From positions 544,001 through 608,000 of the forward strand of contig OY760074.1 of NCBI GenBank assembly GCA_963663035.1: a DNA stretch of 64,000 nucleotides, written 5' to 3'. Both the position numbers and the translations under genes were made by a program. Under the pieces are notes generated by a model. That model made no database searches. It worked only from the letters and a program-made list of their open reading frames with translations, and was not told the origin of the DNA. The stretch is from Acidobacteriota bacterium (GTDB lineage: Bacteria; Acidobacteriota; UBA6911; RPQK01; JADFOI01). Below, piece after piece: positions 30,123 to 40,045 of this stretch; the first letter of the stretch is position 1; every line of letters begins with the position of its first letter.

Positions 30123-30743
30123 ATGTTCGATGACATGAATCGGGTTAAATTTTTTGCATTCACAGGACTTCTTGTCCTCCAGTTGAGTGTCACCTCTGTC
30201 ACGGGTACAAGTGTGCGCCTCCTCAATCTTGTTGAGATGGTGCAATTAGCCGATCGCGTCTTCTGGGGGGAGTGTCTGTCGGTAGAGGAGAAGTCAGGGG
30301 ACCCCAGCTCTCTGCCTGTGCTGGAATATGTGTTTACAGTGCAAGGTGGGATAAAAGGAGTTCAAACGGGTGAGACGGTCACTTTCCGTCAAATAGGGTC
30401 CAGTCCTCAGGGGACGGTGGACATTCCTGACTACCAGAAAGGACAAGAGCTTTTGCTTTTTCTCCACGGCGACAGTCGCCTGGGACTGACCAGTCCAGTG
30501 GGTCTGGCTCAGGGAGTTTTCCAGCTGAAGAGGACTGCAGAAGGTGAAATTGGAGTCCTGAACGCGCTGGAGAATACCAACTTGGAATATAGGCTGAGTG
30601 GTGCCGCGGCTCAGGAGTCGGGGATGAGCGCTGTAGAACTGAACTCTGTATCCACGAAAAGACCAATCCCCATCGAGATTTTCAGCTTGCTGGTTGAAAA
30701 GATAGATCGCTACCAGGCTTCGAAAGGCAAATCCCTTCCATGA
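30123..30743 (+). CDS. Secreted hypothetical protein coupled to the downstream protease
   Basis: Signal peptide; L.EMV..AD.VF.G and PDY..GQELLLFL...PVGL.QGVF; ATGA overlap with the next gene. Confidence 0.7.
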   Translation: MFDDMNRVKFFAFTGLLVLQLSVTSVTGTSVRLLNLVEMVQLADRVFWGECLSVEEKSGDPSSLPVLEYVFTVQGGIKGVQTGETVTFRQIGSSPQGTVDIPDYQKGQELLLFLHGDSRLGLTSPVGLAQGVFQLKRTAEGEIGVLNALENTNLEYRLSGAAAQESGMSAVELNSVSTKRPIPIEIFSLLVEKIDRYQASKGKSLP

Positions 30744-33700
30744 AGACCCATTCGAGTGTGAATTGGTCCTCCCTGGTTGGAGCTGCTCTTGCCTGTCTTC
30801 TTCTGGTACCACCACTTTTTGCAGGTGGGCCGTTGCTGAGTCCCACCAATAACGTCCTGAAGTGGGATCCCGCCAGCAATATTCCTTATACCCTTGATGA
30901 TGGTCCACTGGGAGGATTGACCCGCGATCAGGGAGCTTTTCTGGTTCGCCAGGCCTTTCAGAAATGGGAGGATGTTCCAGCTGCTGTCATAACATTTTCA
31001 GATCTGGGTTTTCTGGGCCTGGATGTCACCGCGGCCAATATTGATGCGTTTTTTGGCGTCGAGGTCCATCCCGAAAATCCGATCATTTTTGACGATGACG
31101 GTCAGATCATCGATGACCTTTTTGGTGTCGGCTCAAGCTTCACTGTTCTCGGCTTTGCGGGACCGCGCTTCAGCAACGTAGCAACGGGTGAGATTATTTC
31201 AGCCCGGGCAGTTCTCAATGGCGTGCTGGCGACTGAACCTGAGTTTCCCGCGGCAGTGGCCCACGAAATAGGACACTTCATTGGCCTTGGTCATACCCAG
31301 GGAAATAGTGAGTTTGCCTCCAACGCGGATCCTTCCGATGACCAGTTTATTCCGCTTATGCATCCATTTGTGGTTAGCGGCGGAACTGAGCTGCCCATCC
31401 AGGATGATATGGCCTGGGTCTCCTGGCTTTATCCTTCAATGGCTTTCCCAGGCAGCACGGGAACGATTTCTGGAACCATCTCTCGTCGAAGCGGTGGATT
31501 TTTTCCAGAAGCCAACGTGGTCGCAGTAAACGTTGACATGATGCTCACCGAATCCAAGCAGGAAATTGTCTCGGTCGTCTCCGACTTTCTTGTCACCAAT
31601 GACGGTTCTTATCTGCTGCCGGGTTTAACACCCGGAGACTACCTGGTCTTCATCGAACCCCTGAATGCATCGTTTACTGGAGGGAGTGGCGTGGGGCCTT
31701 TTGACACCCGTTTTACGGACTTCGTCAAGGACTACTACAACGGGGCCAACGAGTCGGGCGACGACCTTTCAGACGATCCCACCGAGAAGGTGGTGACCAC
31801 CGTTGCCGCTGGCGAGAGTGCAGCGAACATTAATCTGGTCTCCAATGAGGGCATCAACCAACTGGACTCGCTCACCGATGATGATGAGGTCACCTTTCAA
31901 TTTCCGGTAGGCTTTTCTTTTCCCTTTTTTGGGAATGTCTACACCGAGGTGGCAGTCAACAGCGACGGGAATCTCACCTTCGGAGCGGGAGATTCAGCCT
32001 CCACGCCCCGCGACGAGTCACGCTTTCTATCGGGTCCGCCTCGGATCGCGCCCTTATTTACCGATCTGAATCCCGAGGAAACCGGAGAGGTCAAGGCGCT
32101 GGTGGAGACCGAACGGATCACTTTTACCTGGGAAAGCGTTCCAGAATTTTCCGCGGCTGGTGGTCGCCCGGGCAACCAATTTTCAGTAAGCCTGTTTGAA
32201 ACCGGAGATATCCTCTTTACTTATGAGTCGGTTGACGTCACCCCTGATGATTCCCCACCTGATGATATCCAGGCAATTGTGGGAATCGGTCCAGGCGGTT
32301 TGGGGGTTGGCTCTCCAATTGATCTCTCATCGCAGGGATCCGTCATTCCCATCGCTGCAGCCCCTCTTTACCAGGTTTTTAACGGCAGCGGCTTTGACTT
32401 GACAGGTCAGGCCATTCTCTTTCAGGCCTCGGCAGACCTCTTTCAGACCTTCACAAACGAACTTCTCTTCCCCTTTCTCCGTGGCAATCAGGACAATTTC
32501 TCGGCCTACGCCGTCACCAGTCTGGACATCGCGCAAGTTCTTGCAATCGAGGGACGTGCCAGCGACGGGTCGCTTCTGTCCTTTCCCAACAACCCCACGA
32601 TTGAAGCTCTTGATGCTCAAAAACAATTGGCCCAATTGAGCGCCGACTTCTTCGGTATCAATCTCACGGATTCCCAGAGCGGGTGGGTCCGCATGGCCTC
32701 GAACACCTCCGAATTCGGTAGTTTTTTCCAGTTTGGGAATGGACTTGACGGTCCCATCACCAAGATGGATGGGGCACTGGCCTTCACCGGGCAGTCGCAA
32801 GTTTTGTACTTCACCCGCCTGTACGACGGACTTGCTACCTTTCCGACGTTCGGCCTGGCAGGTCCTCAGGACGCTGTGACGACGTTGAGCATCGCCAACC
32901 CCAATGATGTGGGGATTACGCTGACATTGACGCTCTTTCTCAATACCGGTCAGCCCGCTGCTCCCCAAGTTTCTCGAGTCCTTCCCGCTCTGGGCAGCCT
33001 CTTTGAAACCGTTGGCACGTTGTTCAATATCGCTTCTCCCATCGCGGATGGTTTTGTTCAGGTGGATGTACTGGGACCTGGGGCAGTGGGATTTGCCCTA
33101 ATCGAGCTGGAAGATACGCTCTTGGGCCTGAATGCGTCTTTCGGAAACAACCAGACGACGTTGTACTCCGGGCAGCTGGGAAATGGTCTCGAGGCGGGAA
33201 ACGCCGTATTCACCAGCCTCAAGCTGGTGAATACGGACAGCTCTCCTCGAGTCGTTACCATAACGGCATTTCGGGACGATGGAACGATTATTGGTCTTGT
33301 GGGGCCCTTCCCTTTGGCCTCCAACGCCACCTTTCAGAGGAGCGTTGATCAGCTCTTTGGTCTGGGTTCTCCAGTCACCTTTCCTTTAACCACCGGGTCG
33401 ATTCAGATAGATGTTGATGGTCCGGGCGTTGTGGGGGACGTTGTTTTTGGAGACCCAGGAGACACAGAGACGGGAATTCCCGACTTCGTGGATTATGCGG
33501 CGGCACTTCCTCTGCAGACGACCCTTTTTACGAAGGCCGTTTTTAGTCAGGTGGCCAACGGATCGACCAATCCATCAGATCCCTCCGAGGACTACTTCAC
33601 AGGCCTTGCCCTGTTCAATCCCAATGCACTGCTGGCCAATGTGACCGTTCAGGTGTTTGACCGGGATGGCGGTTTGGTGGGTGAAACGACGCTCAGCCTG

Positions 33701-33871
33701 GGCCCAAATCAGCGGCTGTCTGAGCTGGTTGAAGTTCTGATCCCTGCGACGGCAGCACTGATCCGGGGCTATATCGTTGTCGAGTCCACCCAGCCGATTG
33801 TGAGTCAGGTCTTTTTCGGAAACAACACCATGCAATTCCTCTCCGCAGTTCCCCCCAGCATCATCGAGTAG
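30740..33871 (+). CDS. Large secreted metzincin (matrixin-like) protease with a NIDO-like domain and repeated beta domains
   Basis: Signal peptide, HEIGHFIGLGH, Met-turn LMHP, GFSFPFFG..Y..V.VNSDG.LTFG...IAPLFTDL, C-terminal repeats. Confidence 0.85.
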   Translation: MKTHSSVNWSSLVGAALACLLLVPPLFAGGPLLSPTNNVLKWDPASNIPYTLDDGPLGGLTRDQGAFLVRQAFQKWEDVPAAVITFSDLGFLGLDVTAANIDAFFGVEVHPENPIIFDDDGQIIDDLFGVGSSFTVLGFAGPRFSNVATGEIISARAVLNGVLATEPEFPAAVAHEIGHFIGLGHTQGNSEFASNADPSDDQFIPLMHPFVVSGGTELPIQDDMAWVSWLYPSMAFPGSTGTISGTISRRSGGFFPEANVVAVNVDMMLTESKQEIVSVVSDFLVTNDGSYLLPGLTPGDYLVFIEPLNASFTGGSGVGPFDTRFTDFVKDYYNGANESGDDLSDDPTEKVVTTVAAGESAANINLVSNEGINQLDSLTDDDEVTFQFPVGFSFPFFGNVYTEVAVNSDGNLTFGAGDSASTPRDESRFLSGPPRIAPLFTDLNPEETGEVKALVETERITFTWESVPEFSAAGGRPGNQFSVSLFETGDILFTYESVDVTPDDSPPDDIQAIVGIGPGGLGVGSPIDLSSQGSVIPIAAAPLYQVFNGSGFDLTGQAILFQASADLFQTFTNELLFPFLRGNQDNFSAYAVTSLDIAQVLAIEGRASDGSLLSFPNNPTIEALDAQKQLAQLSADFFGINLTDSQSGWVRMASNTSEFGSFFQFGNGLDGPITKMDGALAFTGQSQVLYFTRLYDGLATFPTFGLAGPQDAVTTLSIANPNDVGITLTLTLFLNTGQPAAPQVSRVLPALGSLFETVGTLFNIASPIADGFVQVDVLGPGAVGFALIELEDTLLGLNASFGNNQTTLYSGQLGNGLEAGNAVFTSLKLVNTDSSPRVVTITAFRDDGTIIGLVGPFPLASNATFQRSVDQLFGLGSPVTFPLTTGSIQIDVDGPGVVGDVVFGDPGDTETGIPDFVDYAAALPLQTTLFTKAVFSQVANGSTNPSDPSEDYFTGLALFNPNALLANVTVQVFDRDGGLVGETTLSLGPNQRLSELVEVLIPATAALIRGYIVVESTQPIVSQVFFGNNTMQFLSAVPPSIIE

Positions 33872-33943
33872 TTTCTGTCAGCGGTCAGATTTCGAATTTG
33901 CTTGGGATTCTGGATTTGGAATTTCCGACGGCCTTGGGCCGGC

Positions 33944-33971
33944 GGTGTCAGCTGTCAGGTGTCAGCTGTCA
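33944..33971 (+). repeat. Heptamer tandem repeat (G[G/C]TGTCA x4)
   Basis: ggtgtca gctgtca ggtgtca gctgtca; contains the hpt stop codon. Confidence 0.8.
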
Positions 33972-34525
33972 GCGGCTCTCAGATCCATTGTGGCCACGAA
34001 TGGTAGCTCCCGGTAGGACTCTCGATAATCCAGTCCATAGCCGATGAGAAATGGATCCTTTACGTGAAAACCCACGTACTTGAGCGGAATCTCAACCAGG
34101 CGGAGTTCAGCACGTTCCAGGAGAGTACAGATCGCTAGAGAAGCAGGCTTCCGTTCAACCAGGATCCGAAGCAGATAGTTCAGAGTGAGTCCAGTGTCCA
34201 CGATATCTTCGATGAGCAGAACGTGTTTACCGCAGATGTCTCTTTGTAGATCTTTGATGATTCTGACTTCGCCGGTGTGGGGTTTCCTTTCGTACCGGCT
34301 GATTTGGATGAAGCCAGGCGCGACTGGAAAGGAGATTTGCTCAACCAGATCGCGGGTGAACATGGAGGCTCCCTCGAGGATACCCACCACCACCAGGTTT
34401 TTGCGGTGGTAATCATGGCTGATCTGGCGCGCTAGTTCCTTGACACGCTTCTGGATGGTGTTCTCATCAAAGACGATCTTTTCGACCACCTCTGGAATGG
34501 TGTTGATGCTTGAGGAGGAGATCAT
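33962..34525 (-). CDS. hpt: Hypoxanthine phosphoribosyltransferase
   Basis: VLLIEDIVDTGLT, FLIGYGLDY.E.YR.LP. Confidence 0.93.
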   Translation of the reverse strand: MISSSSINTIPEVVEKIVFDENTIQKRVKELARQISHDYHRKNLVVVGILEGASMFTRDLVEQISFPVAPGFIQISRYERKPHTGEVRIIKDLQRDICGKHVLLIEDIVDTGLTLNYLLRILVERKPASLAICTLLERAELRLVEIPLKYVGFHVKDPFLIGYGLDYRESYRELPFVATMDLRAADS

Positions 34526-34866
34526 TCGAGAAGTCCGAGCTTAAAGAGGAGCTTGCGGTAGTCCCGCTCGTACAGGATCTTGATCTTGAAGTCGGGGTAC
34601 AACTCCCTCATTCTTCGGACCTTGCCGTTCTTTTTTGTGACAAGCTTTTGCTTCATCGTGGTCAATTCCAGGTAGAGATCAAATTGGGGAAGATAGAAAT
34701 CGGGTGTAAAGCTTCCCGTGACACGACCGTCCTCATCCCAGTTCAAGGGGAAACAGACCGGCTCGTAGAGCCATTCAATCCTGTAGAAGTCGAGAAAACC
34801 AGCCAACTCTTCTTCGCTCTGATGAGCGAAGCCGGAGTTTGGCAGGGAACTCTCTTGTATTCCCAT
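34522..34866 (-). CDS. Small PD-(D/E)XK nuclease-fold-like protein
   Basis: SEEELAGFLD...W.YEP..F...FTPDFYLP..LYLELT. Confidence 0.65.
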   Translation of the reverse strand: MGIQESSLPNSGFAHQSEEELAGFLDFYRIEWLYEPVCFPLNWDEDGRVTGSFTPDFYLPQFDLYLELTTMKQKLVTKKNGKVRRMRELYPDFKIKILYERDYRKLLFKLGLLE

Positions 34867-34895
34867 TTAGCCCTTTCACTTTCTATCAGAGCACA

Positions 34896-34966
34896 CTGAC
34901 AGGTTGACAACTGACAACTGACAACTGACAACTGACCACTGACAACTGACCACTGACAACTGACCA
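34896..34966 (+). repeat. Heptamer tandem repeat CTGAC[A/C]A (eight regular plus two degenerate units)
   Basis: ctgacaa/ctgacca units at 34911-34966. Confidence 0.95.
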
Positions 34967-35007
34967 CTTGGGTGCGCGCTTGGGGAGCGCGCTATATAAT
35001 CACTTCC

Positions 35008-35259
35008 ATGTCCTGGACGTTTTATCTGGGCCTGATTGTTTTCCTCACGGTTGTCTTTACGGTCTTCTCCGCTGTAGCCTTCTCAGTCATTCTCGGAGTT
35101 CGGGATAACTATCTTCGCTACTATCAGAAAGCCGATTTGCAATGGACGGCCCCCGGGCGCACAAGGAAGCTGCCAATCTCGAACCTCAAGTGGTTGATTG
35201 GCATGGCGGTGGTGATCGCCTGGGTGGTTGTGGAGTTTGTGATCAAGCCGCACCCATGA
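35008..35259 (+). CDS. Small two-TM hypothetical protein
   Basis: Two hydrophobic segments; TATAAT 7 nt before ATG 35008. Confidence 0.65.
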   Translation: MSWTFYLGLIVFLTVVFTVFSAVAFSVILGVRDNYLRYYQKADLQWTAPGRTRKLPISNLKWLIGMAVVIAWVVVEFVIKPHP

Positions 35260-35279
35260 TTTGGGTCGGACAGGCTGCT

Positions 35280-35432
35280 AGCCCATATTTCTCACACCAG
35301 GTCGTCGCGAAGCGGCGAAAGGACCGGCCTGACAAGGCGCGCGAGGGGTACCCGCGCTCCCGTGCGGGTCGCGCACGCAGTCAGGGCGTATCATTGCGCC
35401 GATGCAGTAGACGTGGTGTGAGAAATATGGCT
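35280..35432 (+). repeat. Foldback element, copy B (internally deleted)
   Basis: Terminal stem agcccatatttctcacacca / tggtgtgagaaatatggct; shared cctgacaaggcgcgcga core. Confidence 0.88.
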
Positions 35433-35480
35433 AATAGCCTATATTGATCTGGACTCAGCTGAAACAGTATCATATCAAGT

Positions 35481-36443
35481 GTGGCAACCACAGTCGCTCC
35501 CCAGGATTTAGCCAGTAAGATCAGTGCACTTCAGACCTCGATTGAACGGGTCATCAAGGGGAAGTCTGAGGTTGTGGAGCGGGCGACCGTTGCTTTGTTA
35601 GCTCAAGGCCACCTGCTGATTGAAGATGTGCCTGGAGTCGGGAAAACCACTCTGGCTCATGCGCTAGCCCGGTCCTTCGATTGCACGTTTCACAGGATCC
35701 AGTTTACAAGTGACCTTCTTCCTTCCGATCTACTAGGGTCATCAATCTTTAACCAGCTGGAGCATCACTTTGAGTTTCGCAAAGGGCCGCTGTTTGCAAA
35801 TGTAGTTCTAGCGGACGAAATTAATCGCACAACTCCTAAAACTCAGAGCGCTCTTCTGGAGGCAATGAGTGAAGGGAAGGTTACTATCGATGACGGGACT
35901 TACGACCTTCCCCAACCCTTCATGGTGATTGCCACCCAAAATCCCGTGGAACACCATGGTACCTATCCATTACCGGAGTCGCAATTAGACCGCTTTTTGA
36001 TGCGCCTTCAGATGGGCTATCCCAATGAGGCGGATGAGAAACAGATCCTGCGCTCCCACATCAGCTACGATACTGCTGACCATCTCACACCGGTGATATC
36101 GGCTGAAGAAGTTCAGGAAGCCCAGGAACTGGTCGAGAAGGTAGAAGTGGAAGATAGCTTGTTGGACTATCTCATGGAGCTGGTTCAGGCTACCCGAAAA
36201 AGTGAATTCCTCACCTTGGGGGTGAGCCCTCGGGGTGCCATGGCACTGTATGGAGCGGCCCAAGCGAGAGCTTTTTCCAAGGGGCGCAATTACTGTACCC
36301 CTGATGACGTGAAGCGATTAGCCGTACCTGTTTTCGCCCACCGTGTGATAGTCAGCACCAAGTACTCATCTCCTTTGCACAAGAGTGAAGAAGCGGAAGC
36401 CATTATCCAGGGACTGATCGAGGAAGTGGAGATCCCACTATAG
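35481..36443 (+). CDS. MoxR family AAA+ ATPase
   Basis: EDVPGVGKT, RIQFTSDLLPSD, LADEINR, ATQNP, QLDRF. Confidence 0.96.
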   Translation: MATTVAPQDLASKISALQTSIERVIKGKSEVVERATVALLAQGHLLIEDVPGVGKTTLAHALARSFDCTFHRIQFTSDLLPSDLLGSSIFNQLEHHFEFRKGPLFANVVLADEINRTTPKTQSALLEAMSEGKVTIDDGTYDLPQPFMVIATQNPVEHHGTYPLPESQLDRFLMRLQMGYPNEADEKQILRSHISYDTADHLTPVISAEEVQEAQELVEKVEVEDSLLDYLMELVQATRKSEFLTLGVSPRGAMALYGAAQARAFSKGRNYCTPDDVKRLAVPVFAHRVIVSTKYSSPLHKSEEAEAIIQGLIEEVEIPL

Positions 36444-36447
36444 TCAA

Positions 36448-37722
36448 ATGACCGCCTCGATGAAGGTCAAGGGCATTAAAGAGTTCCTCTGGCCTTCTCT
36501 TTTTCTCATTTCTGCTTTTCTTCTGGCGGTTTTGAGCTCAACGGCGCGGCAGGGTGGGCAATTCTATGCCGCAGCCTTTCTGGCCGTCATTTCCCTGATC
36601 TTTGCTTTCGTGGTGTGCTTGACGCTGGTTCCAAGGCTGTTGGCCCGTGTCAAGCTGGAGGTTTTTGCCAATCTGCGGTTCTTCCGATTTACCCGGCGAG
36701 GAGCTCTCTTCATTCTGATTGTTTTCACTCTTTCCTTTGCAACCTTCAACACCGGCAACAACTTATTGATTCTGGTTCTTTCATTTCTTTTGGCTTCACT
36801 GGTCGTTTCCGGAATTGTGGCCAAAATAGTCCTGTTTGGACTGAAGATCAGCCTCAGTGTTCCGAAGGGGATGCACGCGGGTCAAAAGACGATCTTTCTG
36901 ATCACGCTGCACAATCTCAAGAGATGGTTTCCCTCCTTTGCTCTCAGACTGAAAGGGGAAGAGAAAGGGACAGAAGAGCAGGAAGACACGAGTTTCTTCG
37001 TACAAGAGAAAAACTTTCCTTACGTTCGAGCAGGCGAGAACCTGCGGTTGAGACTGCATTGCGAATTTGGCCGTAGAGGAATCTATCCTTTACAGGGCTT
37101 CGAGATAAGGACCACTTTCCCATTCGGATTTTTCTGGCGAGGCAGAACACTGGATGCCTCGGGCGACATCATGGTTTATCCAGCCCTGTGTGATTTGAGA
37201 CCTCTCTTTCTCAACCATCCCAGTTTACAAGGCTTGGAGGGGATGGACCGCAAGGGGAGGGGCAGCGATCTGTACAGTATTCGTCACTACAAACCTGATG
37301 ATAGTGCCCGGTTTGTTCACTGGAAGGCTACTGCAAAGCTGGCTCGTTTGATGATCAAGGATTTTACTCAGGAGGAGGACCAACTTCCAGTGAAGGTCTT
37401 CTTTTCAACCTATCTGCAGGATCGTTCTCCATCCAACCTGGAACAATTCGAAAAAGCGGTTTCCTATATTGCTTCGCTCGGTCATTACTTCCGAGGGAAT
37501 GGTCAGAGGTTCCAGTTCAGTTCAGGCGAATTTGAAGCCACAGTCGATCGACGAGCAGAGGACTATGAGGAGTTTATGGAATACCTGGCCCAGGTGCAGC
37601 CTGCCCAGAAAACACACTTTGACATGGGGAAGGCGACTGTGCCCTGCATCTTGTTTTCTGCTGGTTCCGTGGTGCCACGAGAGGGTCTCCGGCACGTGGA
37701 CTATTTGCAGGGCCAGGGTTAA
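36448..37722 (+). CDS. DUF58 membrane protein
   Basis: NTGNN, RRGIY, FPFG, R.Y.P.D..R.VHWKATAK. Confidence 0.92.
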   Translation: MTASMKVKGIKEFLWPSLFLISAFLLAVLSSTARQGGQFYAAAFLAVISLIFAFVVCLTLVPRLLARVKLEVFANLRFFRFTRRGALFILIVFTLSFATFNTGNNLLILVLSFLLASLVVSGIVAKIVLFGLKISLSVPKGMHAGQKTIFLITLHNLKRWFPSFALRLKGEEKGTEEQEDTSFFVQEKNFPYVRAGENLRLRLHCEFGRRGIYPLQGFEIRTTFPFGFFWRGRTLDASGDIMVYPALCDLRPLFLNHPSLQGLEGMDRKGRGSDLYSIRHYKPDDSARFVHWKATAKLARLMIKDFTQEEDQLPVKVFFSTYLQDRSPSNLEQFEKAVSYIASLGHYFRGNGQRFQFSSGEFEATVDRRAEDYEEFMEYLAQVQPAQKTHFDMGKATVPCILFSAGSVVPREGLRHVDYLQGQG

Positions 37723-37937
37723 GCCCGGATAATGCATAGGTTCTCGTCATGAAGCGGCGAAAGCGCCGACCTGACAAGGCGCGCGACGGGTACCCGCTTG
37801 CGGGTCGACCCCCGCAAACGTACTCTTGAGTACGTTGAGGAGGCCGAGGGGTACCCGCGCTCCCGTGCGGGTCGCGCAACGCTGGCAGGGCGGATGATTT
37901 CGTAGCTGCAGTAGAGAATTTATGCATTATCCGGGCT
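37722..37937 (+). repeat. Foldback element, copy C
   Basis: Perfect 17-bp terminal IR agcccggataatgcata / tatgcattatccgggct. Confidence 0.92.
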
Positions 37938-37960
37938 AAAGTTTAGAGCGGGAAAGAAGC

Positions 37961-40045
37961 ATGGCTTTTGAGAAAGCTTTCAAACTGTCGAGTTACCTCT
38001 TGTTACTCTCGGGGTTTATCTCGCTGTTTGCCAGTGGAGCTCTCGGCCCAGTCGTGACAGCCCTTTATATTCTGGCGGTTGTTGCGAGTTGGAGGACCAG
38101 AATCATCGAGCTCCCCAATTGGGTGCAATTGATCCTCTTTGTCTTCTTCATAGCCTTCTTTCTTGTGGATGCATTGACCCTCTCCGATTTTGTCAGCTCT
38201 ACCGTCCACTTGTTGGTTCTGGTCAGTCTAGTCAAGCTTTTCACTCGACAAACTGAAAGAGATTATCTGATCCTCTACGCTGTCTCTTTTGGTTTCTTGC
38301 TGTTTGCGTCCGCTTACACCATCTCCATTTCCTTTCTCGCTACACTGGTGTTGTACATCTTCTCTTCAATCCTGACCTTTATCCTTTTCGAAAGTAAGAA
38401 AGCTTACGAGGAAAATCGGACAGCTCATTTCTCGCTGTCCGGGTATACCAAAGTGGCTGTGGTCATCACCGCACTCATTGTCCTGATTTCGATACCCATC
38501 TTTGTTGTGATTCCTCGCGTATCGCTCGGTCTCTTTAGCCTCGAAAGAGGTCTAGACCTGCATATGAGTGGCTTCTCGGACAAAGTGAACCTGGGTGATA
38601 TCGGTCAGATCCTTGTCAACACGACCGTGGTGATGAGAGTAAAGCTCGACACTAAGGCGGAAAATGTGTCCCCAAACCTGAAGTGGAGGGGTATCGGTCT
38701 TGACTTCTATGACGGCAGGAGTTGGCTGAATACGAGAGAAGGTTTTCGTCGAATTTCTAGAGATAGAAGGTACGGAGGGATCCTCGTTTCCGAGAGTCGC
38801 CGTGACAACGAATCGTTGGTTCAGCAGAGTATTCTCCTGGAACCTATCAGCAATATGGTTTTTGCCGCACCTCAGATGGTTCTGCTAACGGGCGATGACT
38901 TTTCCAGAAGCTTTGTCTTTAAGGACGGCAATGATTCGGTGGGAGTCTATCGACAAGGACAAGGACCCCTCAAATATGTCGTCTATTCAGACCTGATCAC
39001 GCGGGAAGAGCAATTGGCTCGTCCCTTGGAAGAGACGGTTCTTCCAGAAGCCTTCCGGAGGCGTTATCTACAGCTTCCAGACCTGAGTCCCAGCATCTCC
39101 AGACTGGCCCAAGAAGTGACTCGGACGCAGAGCAGCCCGGTAGAGAAGGCACTGGCAATCGAATATTTTCTGAGAGAAAACTACGGATATTCTCTGGAGA
39201 ACCTGTCGGCCAGTGCTGACGATCCTCTGTATGATTTTCTGTTTGAGGCCAAAGTCGGTCATTGTGAGTACTTTGCTACAGCCCAGGCTATTTTGATGCG
39301 CAGTGTCGGCATTCCCACTCGGGTCGTCAACGGGTTTCACCTGGGGGAATTGAATCAGTTCAATGACTACTTTATCGTGCGGCAGTCTGATGCCCACAGT
39401 TGGGTTGAAGGTTACTTTCCCGGTCCTGGATGGGTGGAGTTTGATTCTACACCGCCGAGCACGACTGCAGCACCGTCAGTTGCGTTGGCCCGTTGGTTTG
39501 GTCAATTTCTCGACGCAATCGATATGTACTGGACTGAGGTTATCACCTACAATCGAGTTAAACAGATCGGGTTTTTCCGCTCCCTCAGCTACAGCATTCG
39601 TTCCTCCTTGACAAGGATCTCTGAAATTTCCCTGGAGCTTGACGAGTTTGCCCAGCTCAAATGGCTTGAAGATTTCAAGAACTGGGATTCTTCAACGGTG
39701 ATTTATGTTGTCTTAGGTTGTTTGGTGGTGGCCGCTTTTGGGATTTTTTACCGATATCGGAGATATGTTCGAGTGCTCTGGAAACAGTGGTTTTTTCAGC
39801 AGGCAAGCTCCAAGATTGCTCCTGAGTATTACCTGGAAATGCTGGATCTTCTGAGGCGAAAAGGGCATGTGAAAAGACCCGCCGAGACCCCTAATGAGTT
39901 TGTGGAAAGAATCCAGGTGGATCTGAACTCCCTTGAGCCGGCTTTCATCACACAACTCTACTACCGCAATCGCTTCGGTCATTTCCCGCTGGGATCGTCC
40001 GATTTGTCACAGCTCTACGGTTGGTTGAAAGAACTGCGGCGGTAA
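37961..40045 (+). CDS. Transglutaminase-like TgpA family membrane protein (DUF3488-TGase-DUF4129)
   Basis: Multi-TM N-terminus, GHCEYFATA, AHSWVE, WVEFDSTP, ETPNEF. Confidence 0.93.
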   Translation: MAFEKAFKLSSYLLLLSGFISLFASGALGPVVTALYILAVVASWRTRIIELPNWVQLILFVFFIAFFLVDALTLSDFVSSTVHLLVLVSLVKLFTRQTERDYLILYAVSFGFLLFASAYTISISFLATLVLYIFSSILTFILFESKKAYEENRTAHFSLSGYTKVAVVITALIVLISIPIFVVIPRVSLGLFSLERGLDLHMSGFSDKVNLGDIGQILVNTTVVMRVKLDTKAENVSPNLKWRGIGLDFYDGRSWLNTREGFRRISRDRRYGGILVSESRRDNESLVQQSILLEPISNMVFAAPQMVLLTGDDFSRSFVFKDGNDSVGVYRQGQGPLKYVVYSDLITREEQLARPLEETVLPEAFRRRYLQLPDLSPSISRLAQEVTRTQSSPVEKALAIEYFLRENYGYSLENLSASADDPLYDFLFEAKVGHCEYFATAQAILMRSVGIPTRVVNGFHLGELNQFNDYFIVRQSDAHSWVEGYFPGPGWVEFDSTPPSTTAAPSVALARWFGQFLDAIDMYWTEVITYNRVKQIGFFRSLSYSIRSSLTRISEISLELDEFAQLKWLEDFKNWDSSTVIYVVLGCLVVAAFGIFYRYRRYVRVLWKQWFFQQASSKIAPEYYLEMLDLLRRKGHVKRPAETPNEFVERIQVDLNSLEPAFITQLYYRNRFGHFPLGSSDLSQLYGWLKELRR

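Noticed and set aside
34743-34967. ORF MVSCQWSVVSGQLSVVSCQ
   Set aside because: Translation of the heptamer repeat
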